Shown: one piece after another, positions 36,501 through 46,800 of the stretch
Position numbering within the stretch: position 1 is the first letter of the stretch
Layout of the letters: each line of letters starts with the position of its first letter
Source: Gekko japonicus
Taxonomy: Eukaryota
Direction of reading: 5' to 3'
Assembly: GCF_001447785.1 (NCBI RefSeq)
Contig: NW_015170908.1
Span: forward strand, 266,233 to 330,232
DNA: 64,000 nt
Made by a program: the position numbers and the translations under genes
The notes under the pieces: generated by a model
The model's database searches: none
What the model was told of the DNA's origin: nothing
What the model saw: the letters and a program-made list of their open reading frames with translations, nothing else

Positions 36501-38390
36501 CAGTCTGAGTAGCCAAGACTGCTCTCGATGGACCAATAGTCTGACTTGGTATAAGGCAGCAATACACATTCATAAGGAGCCATAGTTCTGGGGCAGAGCA
36601 CACATTGTATATGCAGAAATTTGTAAGAATGCAAGAACATAAGAAAAGCCCTGCTGGATCAGATCAGTGGTCCATCTAGTCCAGCACCCTGTCTCACGCA
36701 GTGGCCAGACAGTTCCTCTGGAGGGCCAGCAACAGGGCATAGAGGCCAAGGCCTTCATAAGAGCATCAAAAGAGCCCTGCTGGATCAGACCAGTGGTCCA
36801 TCTAGTCCAGCATCCTGTCTCATACAGTGACCAACTATTCCTCTGGAGATCCAACAACAGGGCGTAGAGGCCGAGGCCTTCATTAGAACATCAGAAGAGC
36901 CCAGCTGGATCAGACCAGTGGTCCATGTAGCCCAGCAGCACCCTGTCTCACACAGTGGCCAACTATTCCTCTGGAGATCCAACAACAGGACATATAGGCA
37001 AAGTTGTTCCCCTGATGTTGCCTCCTGGCACTGGTATGCAGAGGTTTACTGCCTCTGCACATGGAAGTTCCATTTGGTCACCGCAGCTAGTAGCCACTGA
37101 TAGACCTGTCTTCCATGTATCTACCTAACCTCCTTGTAAAGCTGTATGTGCCTGTGGCCATCACTACATCCTCTGGCAGTGAATTCCACATTTTAACCAC
37201 TTGCTGTGTGAGGAAGTATTTCCTTTTGTCTGCCCTGACTCTACTGCTCATCAGACTCCTTAGATGCTCTCAAGTTCTAGTATTTTGGGTTCAGTTCCCA
37301 GCATCTCCAGATAACGAATTTCAGGTCATAGTGCTGAGAAAAACTCTGTAACTCTGGGACATTCTAAGCCCTTCTGCCTGAGAACGGTTACATGGAGATA
37401 ACATGGACTGATCGTCTATGGCAGCTTCATTGGAAGGGCCAGAATTCAAAGGTAAAAATCCACACCTGGTATGTGGAAGGTGCTCAATTCAATCGCCAGC
37501 ATCTCCAGTACAGTAATAAATGTTAGGAAAAGTTCTCTATGCCCAATATCACAGAGAACCACTGCCAGTCAGAGTAGACAACACCATGTCAGACTCAGCA
37601 TACAGCAGCTTCGTAATGAAGAGGAGAAGAGATTGGATTTATACCCCACCCTTCACTACCCAAAGGAGTCTCAGAGTGGCTTGCAATCGCCTTCCCTTCC
37701 CCTCCCCACAACAGACACCCTGTGAGGTGGGTGGGGCTGAGAGAGCTCTCTCAAGAACTGTCCTTGAGAGAACAGCTCTGAAAGAGCTTATGACTGACCC
37801 AAGGTCACACCAGCAGCTGCCTGTGGAGGAATGGGGAATCAAACCCGGTTCTCCCAGATTAGAGTCCGTGCTCCTAACCACTACATCAAACTGGCTCTCA
37901 GCTGGTGTCATTTGTCTAAATCAAGTCAGCTGCAATGTACTTGAGTCTCACCAATTTCCCTAGGCCTTATGGGCAAATAACAGAACAACCTACCTAGAAT
38001 TGGGCTGATGAACCAGACCATCCCATAGAGCTGGTCCGGCAAGCCCATCTGAAGCAACACCGGGGTCACGTAGGCGGTCTCCATGGCGTAGCTGAACTCA
38101 ATCCCAAAAAGGATGAATCCATTGAACAACAGTTCCAGAAAGGACCTCTGCGGGTGGAGCTCCCCAAAGTGAATCCGATTGATGGGGCAGGGGGTATTGG
38201 GCGGAGGGGGAGGGGATGGCCGGATCTGTTTCCGCCTCTTTGGGTGCCGCTTAAAGTTGTTGGCCCGATGGCTGATGTGGCGAGTGATGGAGCCAGCGTA
38301 GCCTGTCACTTGTGACCGCCACAGTTCCTGAGCAGAAAGGCTAGGGAAGAGCACATCGCTGGAAGGGGTGGTCATAGCGGGAGGGATCAT
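15303..38390 (-). CDS. SLC45A1: Solute carrier family 45 member 1 (proton-associated sugar transporter A), 8 coding exons, ~752 aa if the exon-3 frameshift is corrected
   Basis: Exons 38390-37994, 35690-35598, 32995-32772, 25290-24551, 20359-20206, 19068-18892, 18388-18183, 15569-15303. The N-terminus MIPP...[42 protein letters not shown] and [27 protein letters not shown] are characteristic of SLC45A1. Confidence 0.95.
16552..17142 (-). mobile_element. Non-autonomous Helitron
   Basis: Minus strand: A|TCTATATATCTAATAG...hairpin cccgtgagtatcgtggg...CTTG|T; inserted between A and T of a CR1 copy, no TSD. Confidence 0.8.
18183..18388 (-). CDS. SLC45A1: SLC45A1 coding exon 7
   Basis: [27 protein letters not shown]...[14 protein letters not shown], 206 nt. 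Confidence 0.95.
18471..18793. mobile_element. CpG-rich hAT-type MITE (TAGGGTTGCCA-ended) with long internal inverted repeat
   Basis: TIR TAGGGTTGCCAAG/CTTGGCAGCCCTA, TSD cttttcat/ctgttcat. Older GTTGCCA-ended relatives are abundant (e.g. ~9200-9403, 21789-22230, 29743-29990, 31938-32150, 49239-49480, 56050-56490). Confidence 0.8.
18892..19068 (-). CDS. SLC45A1: SLC45A1 coding exon 6
   Basis: [28 protein letters not shown]...[16 protein letters not shown], 177 nt. Confidence 0.95.
19707..20056 (-). mobile_element. Sauria SINE
   Basis: Full length, (ACCTTT)n tail. Confidence 0.85.
20206..20359 (-). CDS. SLC45A1: SLC45A1 coding exon 5
   Basis: [17 protein letters not shown]...[15 protein letters not shown], 154 nt. 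Confidence 0.93.
20590..20898 (-). mobile_element. Squam3-like tRNA-derived SINE; other copies ~11965-12200(-), 19330-19553(-), 28881-29178(+), 37620-37895(-), 44977-45250(+), 50767-50985(+), 52902-53170(+), 56866-57155(-)
   Basis: Head gccagtttggtgtagtggttaag...gtttgattcccc (A/B boxes), body ctcagccccacctacctcacaggg, (CTT/CCT)n tail. Confidence 0.8.
23686..24032 (-). mobile_element. Sauria SINE with TSD ttaaagaatgtta
   Basis: Full length, 13-bp direct repeats on both sides. Confidence 0.9.
24551..25290 (-). CDS. SLC45A1: SLC45A1 coding exon 4 (large loop)
   Basis: [20 protein letters not shown]...[10 protein letters not shown]|gtgag, 740 nt. Confidence 0.95.
27297..27500 (+). mobile_element. 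tRNA-derived SINE; other copies ~3045-3255(-), 11840-11955(+), 36365-36570(+), 48712-48930(+), 62262-62425(+)
   Basis: gctgtggctcagtgg...ggttcaatccccggcatctcca head and conserved ctgccagtctgagtagacaatactgac tail. Confidence 0.75.
28098..28303 (+). mobile_element. hAT MITE family C (TIR CAGTGTTCCCTCTAAGCTG); copies ~26196-26815, 34617-34937(-), 38637-39205
   Basis: TIRs plus 8-bp TSD gtctggag. Confidence 0.85.
29352..29700 (+). mobile_element. Sauria SINE
   Basis: Full length; internal fragment of same family at ~27700-27872. Confidence 0.85.
32772..32995 (-). CDS. SLC45A1: SLC45A1 coding exon 3 (1-bp frameshift near 32951)
   Basis: [14 protein letters not shown], then frame switch to [59 protein letters not shown]; 224 nt. 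Confidence 0.9.
35598..35690 (-). CDS. SLC45A1: SLC45A1 coding exon 2
   Basis: [30 protein letters not shown], 93 nt, cag/gtaat. Confidence 0.95.
37994..38390 (-). CDS. SLC45A1: SLC45A1 coding exon 1
   Basis: 397 coding nt, ...FISPILG|gtagg; acceptor tag upstream, exon starts 38401. Confidence 0.95.
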
Positions 38391-38659
38391 TGCGGATTTT
38401 CCTATGAGGAAAGAAACACAGTTCAGAATCGTTTGTGGTTTCTAATACTGCAGGAACATGGTAACAACTTCAGGCTTCGTCTAGGTGTGTAGCGGAGAAT
38501 AGCAAAGAGAGCTGGACCCTTTTCATTCGGCAATACTGCTTTTGATTAGGAAGTCCCCACAAGTGGAAAACTATTGTATCAGGGATAAAGGTTCTAGCAA
38601 TGCTTTCTACCTGCATAGTTATTTTCTGCTTGCAATTAGTATTCCCTCTAAGCTGAGTT

Positions 38660-39010
38660 GGGAGCTGCGGTGGCTCAAGTGGTTAAGACGCTGAACTGCA
38701 GGCTGTGGAAGGTCGGTAGTTCAGCAGTTCAAGACCCGGGTGCTGCATGACAGAGTGAGCTCCCGTCTCTAGTTCCAGCTCCTGCCAACCTAGCAGTTCG
38801 AAAGCAAGAAATTGCAAGTAGATAAATAGGTACCATTTCAGTGGGAAGGTAACAGCGTTCCATGCGCCTTGGTGTTTAGTCATGCCGGCCACATGACCAC
38901 GGAAACATCTTCGGACAGTGCTGGCTCTTCGGCTTTGAAACGGAGATGAGCACCGCAACCCTGGAGTCGGATTCAACTGGCTTTCGAGCAAGGGAACCTT
39001 TACCTTTACC
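38660..39010 (+). mobile_element. Sauria SINE nested in hAT MITE (38637-39205)
   Basis: SINE TSD ctaagctgagtt; host MITE has 8-bp TSD cttgcaat. Confidence 0.88.
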
Positions 39011-40357
39011 TAAGCTGAGTTAAGGTGAGCCAGCTCACAGTTTTTTAGCCTCTGGCCCACACATTTTTGTCTTAGCTCAGGAAGGATGGCTCCAGAGCAA
39101 ACTAATTGATGCAGGAGCCAAATGGCTCGCTCACAACTTTAATGCCGGTAGCTGACAAAGTAGAATTTTTTGCTCACAAGACGCCACAGCTTAGAGGGAA
39201 CAATGCTTGCAATTATGGATTTTTTTGAAAAAACCCACAGGGAAACATTAAACATTGTGATCCTCCACCTGAATTGGTACAGCCCTGTCTGCCAACTCAT
39301 GACTGTACCACCTAAAAAAAACAAAAACAGGGAAACATTAAACATTGTGATTCTCCACCTGAAGTGGTACAGTCCTGTCTGCCAACTCATGACTGTACCA
39401 CCTCACCCAACCTGTTGCATGTGTTGAACTGCTTCTAAGGGTGTACTGGTACCATCAGAAGAATAGGTGGCATAGTTTTACCTCAGCTTTAGGCTGTCTC
39501 TGTGTGTGGGGAGATTGTATGTTTGAATGCCACCCACCCACAATCAACAACCAAAGACAACAAATGATAAACCTGTATTGTATTCTCTCTGCAGTCGGGT
39601 AAGCTGAACCTCAAGAATACAGGAGATCCTGTTAAAACGAAACAGTGAAAAGCTAAATCTGAAATACCTGCCGTTTTTAATAGCATGCCTTAATATTTTT
39701 AAAGTCCCTGGTGCTTGTCAATCATGCCCGAACTTTTGCACTCATCGGTGGAAACACTGGAAGGCAGAGACCTGGTCTACGCCCAATGGAGTAATGAGCT
39801 GCCATGTGATACTGTGCATGTCTATTTTTTTAGTGTTTGGATGGTTTTACGTTTGCCCGTCACTTCTCTCTGTTTATCGTCAGATTTATTTCGTTTGGAG
39901 AGGTGCAGACATGTTCATAAATACCTCCCCCCCAAAAAAAAAGATTGCCTGCACTTTTTTCTTGTAATCAAAGGGACTGCCATCTCACTTCGCTTTTAAA
40001 CATCGGGAAATCTAGGCAATAGGGCTGCGAACGTGATGGACCCCTTGGAGCTGTGGCCTTAACCCATCACTCTAGTCTCATGGAAATCCTCCGTCATGGC
40101 CCCTCGCGCTGGGAAGGCAAAACTCCCCAGCGTGTGCTCTCGGAGACACACTCACCCTTCCCCTCTTCCCCCCCCTCCCCACCATTCACAGGCTAAACCG
40201 AAAGGCCAGGTCACCCCTCCCTTCCAGCACCTCCTCTGAAGCATCACCTGCTCGCCTGCATCCCTGCCCAGAGGGCCTGGTTGGTACCCGGGATGCTGCC
40301 TGGTACCAGGTGCTTAGCAAGCAGCCAGCAGCCATTCCGCGGGAAGCGGGGGCTTAC

Positions 40358-40750
40358 CTGTCCTATGACAGATGCTGGAGCATCCTTCTCTCTTCGCCAG
40401 CCTTGTCGTTCTCCCCGGGCGAGCGGATTCCCTGCGGCAGGTTCGTGGGAGCTCTCCTTCCGCAGCTGCCTGGCTCTCCCCCCCCCTTCCCTCCCCTCCC
40501 CTCCCTCGCACAGGGCGTCTGCGTTCTGGCTGGGGAGGAGGCTGGCGGGGTGATGTCACCAGGCATCTTGGCTCTCCGCTTTCTCCCCAGCTCTGCAGCA
40601 GCAGCACCCGCCTTCTCTCTCCACCTCTGCCACCCTGCCTTAAAGCGGCAGGCTGACTCGGCAGCAGTGCGCGGAGATGAGCCGAAAGAGATCTGTGGCT
40701 AGGGACGCCAGGACGGCTCCAGAGTCCGTGGAGGGAGATAGAAGGTCTCT
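40358..40750 (-). promoter_or_regulatory. SLC45A1: Putative SLC45A1 5'UTR exon / GC-rich promoter region
   Basis: Strong donor CAG|gtaag at 40358 in a GC/CpG-enriched non-repeat segment ~2 kb upstream of coding exon 1; upstream boundary uncertain. Confidence 0.5.
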
Positions 40751-41749
40751 GCAGGTGAAAATTGCACAGGTATGCTGGGGGGTTGGGGGGACACTTTGCT
40801 GGGGAGCGGGGAAGGGTGTTGCTGGGGGTGCCGCCCGGCTGGTGTCTGGATTCTCTGACAGAGCCGCATTCAGAGCTGTCCCCCAGCAAGAGCGGACTGG
40901 ACATTTAACTCACCGGGAGAATTCCCGGAGGACGGATGCCCTGGAGGGCCACTGGCAGGCGGCAGCAAGCTCAGCCAAGTGGCCCCTGTGGTGCCGGCAA
41001 GGTCTGCTGGGCTCAGGCGTGGGCTGGGGGAACAACAGAGATAGTTGTAGGCTCACCTAACAGAGAAGCCAGTGTTGGATCAGGCCAATGGCCCCTCCAG
41101 TCCAACACTCCGTGGCCAAAAATACCAGGTGCCATCAGGAGGTCCAGCAGTGGGGCCAGGACACTAGAAGCCCTCCCACTGTTGCCCGCAACCCAAACAC
41201 CAAGAACACAGAGCATCCCTTGCCCCAGACAGAGTGTTCCATCTATACCTTGCAGCTAATAGCTACTGATGGACCTCTGCCCCCTATGTTTAGTCCAAAG
41301 GACCTCAAGCATGGTAACTGGTTGGTTATTTAAAGTACTTATTTTGTGTTGCATCTAGTGTGACATTGCTCAAGGCCTGTAGGCTAAATCAGCAGTATCA
41401 TTAAAGTAAGTCAAGTTTTACAAAGGTGCCCCATTCCTCACCCCACCCCGTTGCAAACTGGCTGAGGTCTGAGGATGCTATGGCCCTATTTGGAAATTTT
41501 GCAGCCCCTCCTGCGAGGAAGGTGGGCCACAGCCCCACCCCACCTCGCCCTTGTGGTCATGACCAGGACCATGCCCCATGACACACGGAACTGGTCTCAA
41601 GAAATATGTTACACACATTAAGATTCGGACTTGCTTTGTTCTTTAGAAAGTGGAACCAGGAGGGATGTGGGAAGATGCTGAGTTGAGCCATTTACAAGCA
41701 CTGAGACAGATCAGTATGCTTCAGAGTCTCCGTCTCTGTCTCTGTCTCC

Positions 41750-41795
<46 letters not shown>

Positions 41796-43758
41796 CTCTC
41801 TCTTTCCCCCAGTTCGCTTTCAGCTTCTACTGTGTCCTGCTCAGAAATATGCTGTGTCCCTGCTGTGCTACTCTGATAATGATGACAGTCCTTCACATAA
41901 CACCCCTGGAACTCACTGCCACAAGATGTAGAAACAACCATCAACTTAAGTCAATGAAGAAAAAAAGGATTAGATGTCTTTGTGGAAGACGAGTCTGTTA
42001 ATGACTAATGGCTTTGATGGAACCTTGCCGTGCCATCAACTTAAGTTAATGAAGAAAAAAAGGATTACGGTAGATGTTTTTGTGGAAGACGAGTCTGTTA
42101 ATGACTAATGGCTTTGATGGAACCTTGCCGTACAGAAGCAGTATAGTGGATGTTGGGGACAAACCACAAGGCCCATCTACCCCCTTCATGCCCTGTTTGC
42201 GGAACAACCTGGATGTTTGTGTCCGGAACAGAATGCGGGACAAGATGGGCCCTACTTTTACCCAAGAAGACTGCTGTGACGCTCAGCACAGTGCAAGAAA
42301 CCGTCTAATAATGGATTGAAGTCTTAGAGCCAAATGACATGAATGGCAAAATCAAACAGCAGATTCCTTCTCAGACTGAACCATTTTGGGCTGCAGGAGG
42401 GACACCCTTCTTAAAAAACGTACCTGCACATTATAAACAACAACAACCCTTTACCTTCCCACTTGTAGAAACCTAGCACATTCTGAGAATGTTGCACAGA
42501 ACAGACTTTATCCCCTTTCAGCAGATTCCTTCTCAGACTGAACCACTTTGGGCTGCAGGAGGGACACCCTTCTTAAAAAACATACCTGCACATTAAAAAA
42601 ACAACCCTTTACCTCCCCGCTTGTAGAAACCTAGCATGTTCTGAGCATGTTGCACAGAACAGACTTTATCCCCTTTCTTCTTGTGAGTGGGTTGCTTCCA
42701 AGCATGCAAATAGATGTGAGGCAAGAATGGGGACTGGTGCAAAGACTGCTGATGTCACCAGGTTAGTAAATGGCTTCTTAAAGTGAGGGGGAGCCGTGAT
42801 TTTCTCGCTGCTTCTAGGGAGAAGGAATACCAGTTTTCCTTCTTGTGCAAGAACATTGACCTGGATAGCCTGGGCTAGCCCGATCCCGACACATCTCGGA
42901 AGCTAAGCAGCATTGGTCTTGACTAGTATTTGGAAGGGCAACCTCCAAGGAATACCGGGGTCATGATGCAGAGGCAGGCAATGGCAAAACCACCTCTGAA
43001 TATCTCTTGTCTTAAAAATAAGTCTAGCTCGCCACCTAGTGATGCATAATGGTAAAGAGCTAGAACTTCTGACTTCCAGACAATCTTAGGATCTCCTGGC
43101 TATTCTACACACAATGCCATATGATAATTAATTAATTCCTTACACATCCAGGGGAATGGATGAGTGAGGAAGCAATTTATCTCCAGGCCAGTTTGGCCAG
43201 GAATCCTGGAGGGTTTTTTTGGTCAACTTCTGTGCATGGAACAGAGGTTACTGGGGGTGTGTGGGGGGGATGCATTTGTGATTTTCCTGACTTGTGCAGG
43301 GGGTTGGACTAGATGACCTTGGAGGTCCCTTCCAACGCTATGATTCTAATTAATTCCTTATGCAAGAGAGCAGAACCTTTCCACCAGCCTCTCCCCCAAA
43401 ACATTCTGGAGATCGTAGGACCTGCAGGGACAACAGCCATATTGGACGGAGGCTGTAATAAAGGAGAGGCATTGGAGTGGAAATATTGTCTGGATCCAAC
43501 CCAGACCTTTCCCATCCACACAGGCAATGATGCTCAGAAGGAGAGAGTGAACCGCTAGGAAGACTTGCAGAGGCAGGGGGCATAGTTTCTCGGAAACATG
43601 TTCTTTTTGCTTCCACAAGGGGGAACAAGCTGGCCTTCCCCAAGTTCCCACCAGCAGCTCCTTTCTGCTTGGAGCAGCAGTTCACCTTCTGGAGTGCCAG
43701 CTGCCAAGGAAAGGAATCTCTGGGTTTTTGCTAACGAAAAGTTCTCACTGGAAGGGGA

Positions 43759-43863
43759 ATGGGAATCACAGCACCGGCAGTGGCTGTGGACGCGTTGGCG
43801 ATGGCGTTAGGGGCCTCCGGCCTTCTGCTCCTCGTCCTGTGTGCCGGATCAGATTGCTGGAGG
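43759..43863 (+). CDS. Plus-strand claudin exon 1
   Basis: MGITAPAVAVDALAMALGASGLLLLVLCAGSDCWR|gtaag. Confidence 0.85.
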
Positions 43864-46800
43864 GTAAGAATTAACTTTCTCTTGATCAAATGTGTTGCAT
43901 CCCACCCCGCTTCCAAGGAGCTAACACCAGTGTCGATGGGTCTGTCACAACAACCTTGCAGGGTACGCTAGTCCAAGGGGGAGTAACTGAGCCAGAACCA
44001 CCTCAAAGCTTCATGGCGGGATGGAGATTGGGACTGAGCTCTGGCCAGTCCAAGTCCAACACTCTGACCCTTGTGCTGCGTCGTTCAGAACCCGAAAACC
44101 TTCAAAGCTCAGATCCTGGCAACCAGGAAAGAGCTGTACAGGGATCAGAACAGTGCTGGATTTGGATTTAGGGGCAAGCACCCTAGGGGCTGTGGTGGCT
44201 CAGAGGTTAAGACGCTGAGCTGCAGACCGGAAGGTCTGTAGTTCGGCAGTTCGAGACCCGAGTGCCGTGTGGCGGAGTGAGCTCCCGTCTCTGGCCCCAG
44301 CTCCTGCTAACCTAGCAGTTTGAAAGCAAGAAATTGCAAGTAGATAAATAGGTACCACTTCGGTGGGAAGGTAACAGGGTTCTGTGTGCCTCGGCGTTTA
44401 GTCATGCCGGCCACACGACCACGAAAATGTCTTTGAACAGCACTGGCTCTTCGGCTTGGAAACAGAGATTAGCACCGCCCCCTAGAGTCGGATTCGACTG
44501 GCTTTCGAGCAAGGGAAACCTTTACCTTTACCTTTTTACCCTAGGGGCCCTGGGCTTGTGAGGGGCCTCCAGATGTCTACCAAAACTATCCACTATGTAT
44601 TTCAAACAGTTCTTTTTGGCTTGCACAGCTGATAAGTACAGCTGTAACACTATTTAACACTGGTCCACCCAATACTGGTGCACGGATCAATTACCTGATC
44701 TTTCAGTTATTCTTAAAATTTAAGTATTCTCAAACTTTAAATCCTTTTCTAAGGGTGGAGGCAACAAATGTGCTATCGTTTGCCAATGCTCAGCATGTGC
44801 GAACGCTGATTGACAGATCCTAGTGGGCAGACTGATTATCATGCCGTGGGGATAAATCATGCATACAAAGGGGGGTATCAAAGTAATGAAATGTGAGAGA
44901 AAGACAATTTAAAAAGAACCAAAAGTTGAACAAATGCAGATGCTTCTCAATGGAGGAGGCATAATTTTGCCTTGGGCCAGTTTGGTGTAGTGGTTAAGTG
45001 TGCGGACTCTAATCTGGGAGAACTGGGTTTGATTCCCCACGCCTCCACTTGCAGCTGCTGATGTGACCTTGGGTCAGTCACAAGCTCTGGCACAGCTGTT
45101 CCTGAAAGAGCAGTTTGTGTCAGAGTTCTCTCAGCCCCACCTACCTCACAGGGTGTCTGTTGTGGGGAGAGGAAGGGAAAGGAGTTTGTAAACCGCTCTG
45201 AGACTCCAAGTGAAGGGTGGGGTATAAATCCAATCTCTTCTCTTCTCTTCTAAACTGGGATTTTGAAGAGACACGCAAAGTCAGCTGCATCCCTCATCCA
45301 GAGTTCTTGATTCTATGGGGAGGGGGGGGGGTTGTGACAGGTAACAGGGTGTGGAAGGCCACAGAGATGATGCCAAGTGGTTCTCAACCGTGGGTCTGGA
45401 GCCTGAATTGCAACAATTCAGAGTTTGCCCTGGTAAACATGTACACCTTGGTAGATAACCAGCACCCGATCAAGGCGATGTGTCTTTTACATCATCAGGT
45501 AGACCAGCCTGTTTCCCCACATTTCTTAACCTTGAATCCCCTTTGGTTTTCAAACAAATCTTATCCCTTCTCCTTTTTCCTCTGAGGAGAAATGGATGAT
45601 AAGAACCAAAGAAAGACTCGGGTTGAGCAGATGAAAAAAAAAGAGAAAATGATGCCGTTGCCACAGGAACGCTAAGCCCTGAGAAATATATCGGTGGCAA
45701 TAAACGCCAGCGGCATTTGGTGTGCTAGAGGAAAGGTCAAAACTCTTTCTGACAACTTGAAAAAGAGAGGAACCAGTTCAGTTTATTCTGGGCGTGTTTT
45801 TCACACACACAAATTTTGTTTATCACACCGTTCAGGCAAAGTTGTCAGTGCCGGGCTACGGTCGGCCTTCCTGACTGGGAGGTTTGCCATATTTTCAAGT
45901 TGGGCTTCAAATAACTTAATGGACACTCTCCTCATAACTAATAAAAACTTTTAGAACCCTCTTGCCCAAGACCAAGGATCAATGTGCTTTCTAACATTTC
46001 ATGAACTGTGAGGTTTGGGATCGGGCAAGCTGAGTAAAACCAGTTAATGTTGAAGTTCGGAAGCTTCCTTCTGCTTTTCACACGCTGTTTCCTCAGAGAA
46101 ATAACAATGGCTCTTGAAGCATCCAACTGTGCTCACTTGTGAAAGCGGAATTTTCAAAGTCACATAAGCATTTTTTTTAAAAAAAAAACCTTAAGGATGT
46201 GGTTGCCAGCTTCCAGGTGGGGCCTGGGGATCTCCTGCTTTTACAACTGATGTCCAGATGACAGAGATCAGTTCCCCTGGAGAAAATGACTGCTTTGGAG
46301 GGTGGACTTTATGGCGTTATACCCCCAAAATCTATGCCTCCACCCCCCAAATCTCTAGGTATTTTCTCCATCCAGAGCTGGCAACCATACAAGTTAAGGG
46401 GGTCACTGGTTGGAACATCCAGGGAGCAGCATTTGAGAAACTTCTACCTTTTAGAAGGTTATCAGTCACTTTTAAAACCAGTGAAGTTTAAGTCTAAAAA
46501 AAAGCCCAAAACTGTCTTTCTTAAAATGGAAATGTTATAAATTAAAAAGCTTGAAAATATACTCCAGATGTGGTGGTGGGACAGGAAGTTAGTGTTTGTT
46601 GACCCATTCCTAAGTAATGCATTTCCCTTGTGCAGCAAGACGCCAAGGATCCTCTGTCTTCCGTGGGCTTGAGTGTCCGGTGCCGGGGCCTATGGAGTGA
46701 GTGCATATTTGATAACGTAGCCAACTTCTGGACATGTGATATTCCTATCTCCTATCTCAGTGAACACCCCGGTAAGGAAAATGTGTCTGTGTGATTTGGG

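Noticed and set aside
40314-40904. 196-aa ORF that would splice in frame to SLC45A1 as a long N-terminal extension
   Set aside because: Low-complexity translation of GC-rich promoter/UTR sequence with no recognisable homology; the TSS is probably downstream of its ATG.
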